64,000 bases of DNA from positions 465-64,464 of the forward strand of contig JAXGXJ010000015.1 in assembly GCA_040772905.1 (NCBI GenBank). Reading direction: 5' to 3'. Of the stretch, positions 9,051 to 20,418 are shown in pieces (within the stretch, counting starts at the first letter, position 1; each line of letters begins with the position of its first letter). Both the position numbers and the translations under genes were made by a program. The DNA comes from Thermoleophilia bacterium (GTDB taxonomy: Bacteria > Actinomycetota > Thermoleophilia > RBG-16-64-13). The notes beneath the pieces are model-generated. The model was not told the DNA's origin. It did not search any database and saw only the letters and a program-made list of their open reading frames with translations.

Positions 9051-9844
9051 GATGCGAGCCAACCTCCGTCTACATTAAGGATTACTCCGGTAAGGAACTC
9101 AGAGGCGTCGGACGAGAGGAAGACCGCTGCTCCGACGAAATCATCGGGCACGCCGGCCCGACCCCAGGGGATACGGGTCATGTGGAAGTCGTACAGAGCC
9201 TTGTCCTTCAGTACCTGCTCGGTCAACGGCGTCCAGAAGATGGCCGGCGCTATGGAGTTCACATTGATCTTGTACTTGGCCCATTCCGTGGCCAACTGCT
9301 TGGTGAGGGCATGCACCGCGCCCTTGGAGGTGGTGTAGCCCGAGTAGCCGCCGGGATTGCCCTGGAACCCACGCACCGAGCCGATGGTGATGATCTTGCC
9401 TCCACCCTGACCGATCATCTGTATGCCGGCCTTCTGGCAGCAGAGGAACGTGCCGCGCACGTTGACGTCCATCATGCGCTGCCATTCGTCCACCGGCATC
9501 TGTTCGGTGGGGATGCGGTTGGAGATGCCGGCCGCCGTGACCAGGATGTCCAGGCGTCCGAACTCCTCGACCACGCGGTCGACCGTCGCCTGCACGCCGG
9601 CCTCGTCCACCACGTCGCAGGTGAGGGCGAGGGCCTTGCGGCCGAGCGCCTGCAACTCCTCGGTGACCGGCTGCATGGCCGTGGCCGAGAAATCGGCCAC
9701 GGCCACGTCGGCACCGTGTATCGCCAAACCACGGGCGATGGTGCTGCCCAAAGCACCGCCACCGCCGCTGATGAGGGCGACCTTACCGCTCAGGTCGAAC
9801 TGCTGCGCGACCTGCTCGGCCGGTATACGACCCGGTAGATCCAT
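9047..9844 (-). CDS. Short-chain dehydrogenase/reductase (SDR), copy 1
   Basis: 265 aa with GKVALISGGGGALG and catalytic YTTSK. It belongs to the KduD/gluconate-5-DH-like classical SDR group. Confidence 0.85.
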   Translation of the reverse strand: MDLPGRIPAEQVAQQFDLSGKVALISGGGGALGSTIARGLAIHGADVAVADFSATAMQPVTEELQALGRKALALTCDVVDEAGVQATVDRVVEEFGRLDILVTAAGISNRIPTEQMPVDEWQRMMDVNVRGTFLCCQKAGIQMIGQGGGKIITIGSVRGFQGNPGGYSGYTTSKGAVHALTKQLATEWAKYKINVNSIAPAIFWTPLTEQVLKDKALYDFHMTRIPWGRAGVPDDFVGAAVFLSSDASEFLTGVILNVDGGWLAS

Positions 9845-9847
9845 CGA

Positions 9848-10645
9848 CTAGCCGGCTACGCTGCCACCGTCGACGGGCACGATGGCGCCGGTGACGAAGT
9901 CAGAAGCCGCGCTGGAGAGGTAGAGGACGGTACCGATCATGTCATCGGGCACGGCCGCACGGCCCCACGGGATGCGCGACAGGAAGATCTGCTTGAGTTT
10001 CTCGTCCTCGAGCACCTGCTGCGTGAGCGGGGTCCAGAAGATGCAGGGCGCGATGCAGTTGACGTTGATGTGGTACTTGGCCCACTCGGTCGACAGCTGC
10101 TTGGTGAGCAGATGGACGGCACCCTTGGTCGTGCCATAGGCGGCGTAGCCACCGGGATGGCCCAGCTCGCCACGGACGGAACCGACGGTGACGATCTTGC
10201 CGAAGCCCTGCTTGATCATCTGCTTGCCGACCAGCTTGCAGGTGATGAACGTGCCGGTGACGTTGGCCGTCAAGACCTTCTCGAAGGCATCCAGGGGGAA
10301 GTCCTCGGCCGGGTGACGGTCGGCGATGCCGGCCGCGGTAATCAGGACATCGATCTTGCCGAACTCGGCCAAGACCTTGTCGACCATCTCCTGCTGGCTG
10401 GCTTCGCTGCAGACGTCGCAGGCGATAGGCAGGGCCTTCGCGCCCAGTTCGGTGCACTCTTTCGCCACAGCCTCGAGGTTCTCGAGCTTACGGCTGGTGA
10501 CGACGATGTTGGCACCGTTTGCCGCGAAGCCCTTGGCCAGGGCATGGCCCAAGAAGCCGGCGCCGCCTGTGATGAGGACGACTTTGCCCTTGACGTCGAA
10601 GAGGTTCTTGATCTGGTCGATGGTCAGTTCTCCGGGTGCGCCCAT
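9848..10645 (-). CDS. Short-chain dehydrogenase/reductase (SDR), copy 2 (tandem paralogue)
   Basis: 265 aa with GKVVLITGGAGFLG and YGTTK. It is roughly half identical to copy 1 by eye. Its stop is 3 bp from the start of copy 1. Confidence 0.85.
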   Translation of the reverse strand: MGAPGELTIDQIKNLFDVKGKVVLITGGAGFLGHALAKGFAANGANIVVTSRKLENLEAVAKECTELGAKALPIACDVCSEASQQEMVDKVLAEFGKIDVLITAAGIADRHPAEDFPLDAFEKVLTANVTGTFITCKLVGKQMIKQGFGKIVTVGSVRGELGHPGGYAAYGTTKGAVHLLTKQLSTEWAKYHINVNCIAPCIFWTPLTQQVLEDEKLKQIFLSRIPWGRAAVPDDMIGTVLYLSSAASDFVTGAIVPVDGGSVAG

Positions 10646-10782
10646 GTCTCTTCTTCTCTCCTTCTGGTCTGGATACAGTGCCGGGCGACGGGCCGGACGG
10701 CCGCGGCGCCCGTTCCCGGTCGGGGGGACCGGGATGAGGCGGCCGGGCAGAGCCCGGCCGCCGGTGCTTCCTCAGGTGATCC

Positions 10783-11607
10783 TTACTCCCTGGGGCGAAG
10801 ACCCAGGATCTGCCGGGCCTCGTCCACATTGGCGATGGGCCGGTTGAACTCGTTGGCCAGACGCACAACGCGCTCCACGAACTCGTAGTTGTGCTTGGCC
10901 AGCACACCCTTGCTCAGGAAGACGTTGTCCTCCATGCCCACGCGCACGTGGCCGCCCATATGGATGGCCATACTGGTGATGGCCATGGCGGTCGGGCCGC
11001 AGCCGAACGCCGACCAGGTAGAGCCGGCCGGCATGTCGTCGACGAGGTTGATGAGGTTCCGAGGCGTGCCCTCGGCGCCGCCGTGCACGTTCAGGCAACA
11101 CTGGAAGTGCAGCGGCTCCTGCAGATAACCCTCTTTGAGGAGACGCTTGGCGTTCCACACCATGCCGATGTCGAACACTTCGATCTCGGGCTTGATGCCG
11201 TTCTCGATGTAGGCCTTGCCCAGTTTCCGCAGGAAGCTGGGCGAGTTCTCGAACACGCCCTCATAGAAGTTCATCGTACCCGCGTCGAAAGTACCCATGT
11301 CGGGCTTCAACTCGACGTGAGGAGTGATGCGCTGCTCATCGGTCCAGCCCAGGCCGCCCGAGCTGGTCATGTTGATGATGATGGGGCATTTCTCTTTGAT
11401 GAGGCGGACGGTCTCGCGGAACCTCTCCAGGTCCATGGTGGCCTTGTGGTCCTCGGTGCGCACGTGCACGTGAGCGACCGAAGCGCCGGCCTGGTACGCC
11501 ATGTAGACCTCTTCCGCGATCTCCTCGGGCTGAGTGGGGAGATACGGTGTGTTCTCCTTGGTCGTCATAGCCCCGGTCGTCGCCACGGTTATGATGAGTT
11601 TCTCCAT
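10783..11607 (-). CDS. BKACE-family beta-keto acid cleavage enzyme (3-keto-5-aminohexanoate cleavage enzyme Kce / DUF849 homologue)
   Basis: True start is MEKLIITVATTGAMTTKENTPYLP (ATG 11607, GGAGG 8 nt upstream). The ORF track N-extension to 11706 is spurious. The protein is a full-length TIM-barrel Kce-like sequence. Confidence 0.85.
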   Translation of the reverse strand: MEKLIITVATTGAMTTKENTPYLPTQPEEIAEEVYMAYQAGASVAHVHVRTEDHKATMDLERFRETVRLIKEKCPIIINMTSSGGLGWTDEQRITPHVELKPDMGTFDAGTMNFYEGVFENSPSFLRKLGKAYIENGIKPEIEVFDIGMVWNAKRLLKEGYLQEPLHFQCCLNVHGGAEGTPRNLINLVDDMPAGSTWSAFGCGPTAMAITSMAIHMGGHVRVGMEDNVFLSKGVLAKHNYEFVERVVRLANEFNRPIANVDEARQILGLRPRE

Positions 11608-11916
11608 ACATCGACCTCCATGAGATTGTGCTCGACTCACTCGAAGAAGACGGCCCGAAGGCCGTCCTCGAGAGTACAGATATGACGGTCCGGCGGGCAC
11701 CATCACCCGACCTAGCAGTCATTCATACCATTTTTATACTCTACACCATCCCCAGGTTCGGCCCAAGGTATGCGAGAGGTCTCATCGACTCGGACAGCCA
11801 CAAACGGCCACGACGCCTGCGGCTGCAGCCGCCCACCCGTGGCCGCGGCAGCAGTCCTCGCACGCAACCCCGGCTCACATCCACTATAATGGCTTCCGCT
11901 CGCCGTGGGCGGGCGG

Positions 11917-12002
11917 GCCGAAGTGGCGGAACTGGCAGACGCGCTGGACTCAAACTCCAGTGAGGCTCACACCTCGTGCGGGTTCGATCCCCGCCTTCGG
12001 CA
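11917..12002 (+). tRNA. tRNA-Leu (anticodon CAA), type II with long variable arm
   Basis: The acceptor stem GCCGAAG/CTTCGGC pairs perfectly. The anticodon stem-loop is CTGGA-CTCAAAC-TCCAG. There is a 17-nt variable arm, a T-arm GCGGG-TTCGATC-CCCGC, and discriminator A. CCA is not encoded. TATAAT lies at 11885..11890 upstream. Confidence 0.85.
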
Positions 12003-12082
12003 TGCACACAGCGGTCTCGTCGCTCTTCGATGTTGCTCATCGGGCCTTTGGGGGCGCAAGCTTTGCCGAACCCGTAGATTTC

Positions 12083-12102
12083 GTGTAGCGGCACTGCTAC
12101 AC
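12083..12102. promoter_or_regulatory. Inverted repeat GTGTAGC-n6-GCTACAC immediately upstream of the XRE regulator start; a possible auto-operator
   Basis: Read from the sequence. It ends 9 bp before ATG 12111. Confidence 0.3.
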
Positions 12103-12110
12103 TCTAGACT

Positions 12111-12611
12111 ATGAGTGCAGCTTCGGAAGAGCGCGAACGACGGTACGTAGAGCTGGTGGGCGAGAAGCTTCGCCGCCTGCGGCAGGACCGCGGGCTGAGC
12201 CTGCAAGAGGTCTGCGAGCGGTCAGGCGGCTCGTTCGTGGTCTCCACCCTCAGCGCCTACGAGCGCGGAAAGCGCAGCCTCAGCCTGGAGCGACTCTACG
12301 AACTGGCAGCCATCTATGGCCAGTCCCCCATGTCGATCCTCGACGTGGAGGACGACCCTGAGTTCCAGCGCACGCTCAGCCGCAACGGGCCCCTGCGCAT
12401 CCGGCTGGAGAGCCTCGACAAGCTGACCCCCGACGAGCGCCGGCCTCTCGAGACCTACCTGGGTTTCCTGCGTGAGTTGCGCAACGACCCGGCCCGCGAC
12501 ATGCTCACCATCCGCAAGGACGACCTCACCTATCTCTCCGGCCTCTACGGCGTGAGGCCGCAGGCCCTCAAGGAGTATCTGGAGCGCGAGGGCGTCCTCA
12601 TCGCCGACTAG
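12111..12611 (+). CDS. XRE-family helix-turn-helix transcriptional regulator
   Basis: 166 aa. It has an HTH_XRE-like segment (LRRLRQDRGLSLQEVCERSGGSFVVSTLSAYERGKRSLSLERLYELAAIY). It converges on and overlaps the 3' end of trpA by 14 bp. Confidence 0.7.
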   Translation: MSAASEERERRYVELVGEKLRRLRQDRGLSLQEVCERSGGSFVVSTLSAYERGKRSLSLERLYELAAIYGQSPMSILDVEDDPEFQRTLSRNGPLRIRLESLDKLTPDERRPLETYLGFLRELRNDPARDMLTIRKDDLTYLSGLYGVRPQALKEYLEREGVLIAD

Positions 12612-13484
12612 TCTTTCCGGCCCGTGCGGTCGTCACGGCGGCCCGCATCGCTTCGACCGTCCGTCTCACCTCGTCAAGCCCCTGCTCGAAGCTATCGGCC
12701 CGTGCGATGACGTCCACCAGGGCACTGCCCACTATGACCCCGTCGGCGAACGCGGCCACTTCGGCGGCCTGCACTGGGCTGGACACTCCGAACCCCACGG
12801 CCAGAGGCAGAGCGGTGTAGGCACGCAGCCTATCGATGAAAGCCGGCAGGCCGGCGTCCAAGGCCGAGCGCGCTCCGGTGACGCCGGTGGTGGACACGCA
12901 GTAGATGAACCCCGAGGCCTCCCGCCCGATGCGTTCCAGACGCGTGTCCGGGCTGGTAGGCGCCGCCAGGAGTACCACGTCGACGCCGCGGGACCGTGCG
13001 ACCTGCTGCATTGACTCCGCCTCCTCGGCGGGCAGGTCGGGCACCACCACGCCCAGGACTCCCCGTTCCCGGCATTCGCCGAAGAAACGCTCCGGATCGT
13101 AGGCCAAGATGGTGTTGAGGTAGGTGAGCAGCACCACCCCGGCTCCCTCGGCAGCGATATCACCGGCAAGCGCCAGGACGTCCTTGGGCCGGACGCCTCG
13201 GGTGAGCGCCGTCTGCGAAGCCGCCTGGATGACGGGACCGTCGGCCAATGGGTCCGAGAAGGGGACGCCTATCTCGATGAGTCCGGCACCGCCGGCTCGG
13301 TACGCGCGCAGGATCTCCAAGCACGAGGCCGGATCGGGATACCCGCCCACCGCGTAGGGCATGAGCAACGGTCCGCCCGCCGCACGGAACACAGCTTCCA
13401 GTGCGCCGGAACCACCAGGGACACCGTGCGCGCCGGCCGTGGGGGCACCGTCTCTGTCACCCATCTTGTCGTATGTCTCAAGGG

Positions 13485-13488
<4 letters not shown>
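12598..13488 (-). CDS. trpA: Tryptophan synthase alpha chain
   Basis: [23 protein letters not shown] and GFGVS motifs. The start is uncertain (13488 or 13461). Confidence 0.85.
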
Positions 13489-14659
<1,171 letters not shown>

Positions 14660-14663
<4 letters not shown>

Positions 14664-16276
14664 GGTGTAGTTCCTTTCTCGTATACCGCCGCCACGAGAG
14701 CTCTCATGGCGGCGTGGTCTTTGATCCCTGGGGCCTTCTCCACACCACTTGCCACGTCGAGGCCCCACGCGCCCGATGCAGCCAGGGCCCCAGCCGCGTT
14801 GCGAGGCGAGATACCGCCGGCCAGCAGGAACCGCATCCCCGCGGCGGCTTCCCCCACCACCTGCCAAGGCAGCACCCGGCCTGTGCCGCCGTGTGCCCCG
14901 GGCACATTGGCGTCGATGAGCAGCAGATCGGCCTCCTCGGTAGCCGCCAGCAAGCGCGCGCGCAGCCCGGCGACGTCGGTCTCATCCGGCGCCACCCCCA
15001 CAGCCCTGATGATGAGGGTCTTCTCCGCGTCCGCCGCGGCCAAGGCCCGGCGGACGGCGGCCGGTGCCGCACCGCCCTCCCCGTGGAGTTGCACCGCCCC
15101 CAGCCCCACATACGTCGTCACGCTCGCGATCTGGTCGGCGCCGGCGTCGACGAAGACACCCACCTTCAACGGACCCGAGGCCGCGTCGGCCGAGTCCGAC
15201 ACCGCGAACTCGAGAGCGCGCTCCTGCGCGGACGCGGGCATCAGTCCGCTTCCGCCATCCACGGAGCCGGCCTCGCGCGCCTCCATGCGCCGCACGGTCT
15301 CCGCCGCTCTGCGCAACAGGTCGCGCGCCTGGTCAGGCGTGAGACGGCGCGGGCTGGGCGCGAAGATGAGACCCAAAGCCCAGACTCGCAGCGCGTGCGC
15401 TTCCACCACGTCGGCGATGCGGGTCAACCCGCACAGCTTCACCACAGGCCCGGTGGGGCCGGCGGCCGCCGGCCCCACGAGCCCGCGCACGGCAGCTTCC
15501 ACATCGTCACGACGCAGCAGACTCTCCCCCACGAGCATCCCGGCCGCCCCGCAGGCGCGCAGTCGCTCCACGTCCGCAGCGCCGGCGATGCCGCTCTCGC
15601 TCACCAGGATCCGGTCGCGCGGCACCTGCCCGGCCAACATCTCGGTCGTCGTCAACGACACCTCGAAGGTGCGCAGGTCGCGGTTGTTGATGCCGATGAT
15701 CGCACCGGGCTGGCGCAACGCCCGCTGGAGTTCCGCCTGGTCGTGTACCTCCAGGAGGACGTCCAGACCCGCCGCCGCCGCGTAGGCTGCCAGCTCACTC
15801 AGCCGAGAGTCGGGCAGCAACGCGGCGATGAGGAGCACCGCCGAGGCTCCGGCCACTCGCGCCTCCTCGATCTGGTACTCGTCCACTACGAAATCCTTGC
15901 GCAACAGCGGCAGCGAGGTGGCGACAGAGGCAGCCTCGAGATCGGCGAGGCTGCCGCGGAAGTGATCCTCCTCGGTGAGCACCGACACGGCACGCGCGCC
16001 CGCCCTCTCGTAGGCAGCGACGATGTGGCCTACCTCCAATTCCGGTCGGATGGGACCTTTGCTGGGCGAAGCCCGCTTCACCTCGGCGATGAGCGAGATC
16101 CCCGGTAGTCGCATGGCCTCTGCGAATGAGGGACGACCCGGGGGCGTGGGCAGGGACTCCAGCAGCCTCTGCGGCCGCCGTTCTTTGCGCTCGCGTACGC
16201 GGCCGACGACATCGGCGACGATGCGGTCCAGGTAAGTGCCGCTCACGACCTCAGGGATATCCGACGGCACGCTCAT
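14660..16276 (-). CDS. trpC: Bifunctional indole-3-glycerol-phosphate synthase / phosphoribosylanthranilate isomerase (TrpC-TrpF fusion)
   Basis: 538 aa. The N-terminal half is IGPS ([13 protein letters not shown]), and the C-terminal half is PRAI-like. The stop overlaps the trpB start (ATGA). Confidence 0.85.
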
Positions 16277-17387
16277 GCTCGTGTCCCCACCGCATTGCTG
16301 AAGGCGATGAACCGTTCCAGGGTACGGGCCGCACTGCCGGAATCGATGGACGCACGCGCCACATCCACTCCCGCGGCGATGGTCGGGGCCGCACCGCTTA
16401 CATACAGAGCCGCGCCGGCATTGAAGAGCACGGCGTCACGCGGGCCCCCACGCATACCGTCCAGGATCTTCCGGGTGATGCGCGCATTCTCGACAGGCTC
16501 CGCTCCTGCGAGCGATCCCAGTGGGTGCACGGAGAGTCCGCAGGCCTCGGGGTGGACCACCCGTGGGAGAGCGACTTGTCCGTCGATGACCTCCACCACC
16601 AAGTTGGGCCCGGTCACCGAGAGTTCGTCCATGCCATCGCACCCGTGCACCAGAAGGGCGTGGCTGCAGCCGGTGCGCGCGAGCGCTTCCGCCAGCACGC
16701 TCAGGTACGAGTCGACGCTCACCCCCAGCAGGATGCGACGGGCGCCGGCCGGATTAGTGACCGGGCCCAGGAAGTTGAAGACCGTACGGATGCCCAGAGA
16801 GCGTCTCACCGCTCCCACCTGCGACATCGACGAGTGATACAGAGACGCGAGCATGAAGCCCATGCCTGTCTCCTCGATGCAGGCGGCCACCTCCTCGGGT
16901 CCCAGGTCGACACGGACCCCGAGAGCCTGGAGCACATCAGCCGCCCCGCTCCGCGAAGACGCCGCCTTGTTCCCGTGCTTGGCCACCTTGACCCCTGCGC
17001 CTGCCACCACGAACGCCGCGGTGGTGGATATGTTGAAGGTGTCGAGACCGTCTCCGCCTGTGCCTACGATGTCCACCAACGCGTCGGGCGAGGGAGTCAC
17101 CACTCGCACGGCAAGCTGCCGCATGGCATCGGCCAGACCCGCGATCTCCTCTGCCGTCTCCCCTTTGGCGCGCAGGCCCATCAGGAACGCGGCCGCCTGG
17201 GCTTCCCCCACGGTGCTGTCGGCGATCTGACAGAGCGCCGCGGAGGCCTCCTCCCGGCTCAGGTCCCTCCTCTCAGCCAGACGCTGCAAGAAGGTGCTGA
17301 ACTCAGCGCGCGGTGTCCCCGGCGGGACCCCGGGCGTGAGAGGGTGTCCGGCCGCGCCCTGCCCGTCGACCGTGACCGCCGTTGCTG

Positions 17388-17391
<4 letters not shown>
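16273..17391 (-). CDS. trpD: Anthranilate phosphoribosyltransferase
   Basis: The 372-aa C-terminal part of the 659-aa ORF (MTATAVTVDG...GTGGDGLDTFNISTT). The upstream 287 codons overlap trpG in another frame and are spurious. Confidence 0.85.
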
Positions 17392-18112
<721 letters not shown>

Positions 18113-18116
<4 letters not shown>

Positions 18117-19633
18117 TCCCAGTCTTCCTGGCCGGCGGCCACTTCGATAGCTCGGAAGAGGGCGCGGGCCTTGTTCTCGGTCTCGGCGTATTCGCGTTCA
18201 GGGACGGAGTCGGCCACGATGCCGGCACCGGCCTGCACATAGGCCATCCCATCGCGGACCAGGATGGTGCGGATGTAGATGCAGGAGTCGAGCTCGCCCG
18301 AGTAGCTCAGGTACCCGATGGCGCCGGCGTAGGGGCCGCGCCGTGTGGGTTCCAGTTCATCGATGATCTCCATGGCCCTCACTTTGGGTGCACCCGAGAC
18401 CGTCCCCGCGGGAAACACGGCCCGCAGCGCATCCACCGCCGTCACTCCGTCGTTCAGTTCTCCGGTGACGGCGGAGACCATGTGCATCACATGGCTGTAG
18501 CGCTCGACCTCCATGAACTCGTTGGTGCGCACGGTCCCGGCCTTGGAGACCCTGCCTAGGTCGTTGCGCCCCAGGTCCACCAGCATCAGATGCTCGGCAC
18601 ATTCCTTCTCGTCGGCCAGCATCTCCGCCGCCATGGCGGCGTCTTCAGCCGTGGTCGCACCTCGCGGCCTGGTGCCGGCGATGGGTCGTGTCTCCGCCAG
18701 GTGTCCGGAGACGGTCACCAGCGGCTCCGGACTGGACCCCACGATCTCGAAGTCGCGGAACGACATGTAGTACATATAGGGGCTGGGGTTGACCGCCCGC
18801 AGGCCTCTGTAGATGGAGAAGCCGCTCACGTTGACAGGCCGCTGGAAACGTTGGGAGAGGACCACCTGGAAGGCGTCGCCCGCGTGGATGTACTCACGGG
18901 TGCGCTCGACGGCCTTCAGGAAGCGGCCGCGCTCGAACCCCGACCTCACCTCGCTCGAGGCGTTCTGCGACCGCCCCAGGCTCCACCCCGGAGCGGGCAG
19001 CGGTCCGCGCAGGCGGGCCTTCACCTCAGCCAGACGCGCAGCCGCCGCGGCGTACGCCCCATCGAAGTCGGTCTCCTCTTCACAGAAGATGTTGGTGAGG
19101 AGCGTGATGCTGTGGCGCAGGTGGTCGAACACCACGATGACGTCGGTGAGCAGGAAGGCCATGTCGGGCAGGCCCATGTCATCCGCGGGCGCCGACGGCA
19201 GATGTTCCACGTGGCGCACACAGTCGTAGCCGAAGTAGCCCACGGCGCCGCCCACGAACGGAGGTAGGTCCTCCAGGGGCGGCACCCGGTATCCGGCCAT
19301 GTGCTGAGCCAGGAAGGCGAAGGGGTCGCCTCCGTGGGCGGCCAACTCGTAGTGCCGGTCGGTGCCGCCGCGGCGCACGGTGACCGTGCCGCCGCGCAGG
19401 CGGATGCTCTCCCAGGCCTTGATACCCAGGAAGGAGTAGCGACCCAGGCGCATGCCCTGCTCGGCGCTCTCGAGCAGGAAGCAGCCTGCCCGTTGACGCA
19501 GCTTCAGGAAAGCCGAGACCGGAGTCTCGGTGTCGTCAAGGAAACGATGGGCCAGTGGGATGAGGTTATAGCTCGCGCTGAGCCCTCGCGCCTCCTCCAG
19601 TGTGGGCGCGATGGCGATGCTGCCGGATGTCAT
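18113..19633 (-). CDS. trpE: Anthranilate synthase component I
   Basis: 506 aa, chorismate-binding family (LVDLGRNDLGRV, GAGIVADS). Confidence 0.9.
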
Positions 19634-19639
19634 GGCCGC

Positions 19640-20065
19640 CTACCTTTCTCGGCGAGCGAGAAATGCAGGCTGCTCTCCGGTGGGAGAGCTAAGCCATCGG
19701 CCGTCGAAGCAGGTGAAGTCGCCGGTGTGGCAGGCCACGCCGGTCTGCTCGACGATGGCGAGCAGCGTGTCGCAGTCGCAGTCGAAGCGCAGTTCGCGGA
19801 CTTTCTGCAGATGACCGGAGGTGCCGCCCTTGTTCCACAGTTCGTTGCGGGAGCGGCTGAAGAACCAGGTGTACCCGGTCTCCAGGGTCTTGCGCAGGGA
19901 TTCCTCGTTCATATAGGCGAGCATGAGCACTTCACCCGTGGTCCATTCCTGAACGACGCACGGCACCAGACCGCGTGAGTCGAACTTCACACAGGAAGGG
20001 TCGGCAGGAACCCGGACTTGATCGGCCGCAGCTTGCTCGTCTTGCTTGTCGTTCTGTGATGACAT
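19640..20065 (-). CDS. hisI: Phosphoribosyl-AMP cyclohydrolase
   Basis: True start is MSSQNDK (ATG 20065, RBS AAGGGGAAAAG). Motifs are [24 protein letters not shown] and CDCDTLL. It sits 7 bp upstream of trpE as the first gene of the operon. Confidence 0.8.
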   Translation of the reverse strand: MSSQNDKQDEQAAADQVRVPADPSCVKFDSRGLVPCVVQEWTTGEVLMLAYMNEESLRKTLETGYTWFFSRSRNELWNKGGTSGHLQKVRELRFDCDCDTLLAIVEQTGVACHTGDFTCFDGRWLSSPTGEQPAFLARRER

Positions 20066-20418
20066 CTTTTCCCCTTGGTGGTCGGATCCCAGTGGTGGAC
20101 GCTTCACTGCGCCCGGTACGACCAGGCGATACGACCGCCCGGCCTCTGGAGGCGCCCCTCGCGCAGGCGAGGGGCTAGGACCACGAGGACTGCCCGCAGG
20201 CGCAGGCAGCGTTCCGATGATGCGACCAATGGCCGGCCGGGGAAAGTCGGAGCGCGAAGGCGCTCTGCCCACCGTCATGTCTCATGTGATCGCTCATCGT
20301 CATCGTTCTCCATCACCACGTGCTGTGTACCCAAACGCACCCGGCCGAGCCGGGGCTTGGTTGGCGGTATGATACACGTTCCTGGAAGGACTGAAAAGCA
20401 GCAGCGAACGGAGAGCGC

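Noticed and set aside
11880-12110. Possible integrative element at tRNA-Leu with the adjacent XRE regulator
   Set aside because: No integrase, no direct repeat of the tRNA 3' end, and no phage or plasmid genes nearby. The flanking trp operon is core metabolism.
20066-20418. Trp/His leader peptide or T-box in the hisI-trp leader
   Set aside because: The only small ORF has no Trp or His codons. No GGGTGG..ACCGCG T-box core was found.
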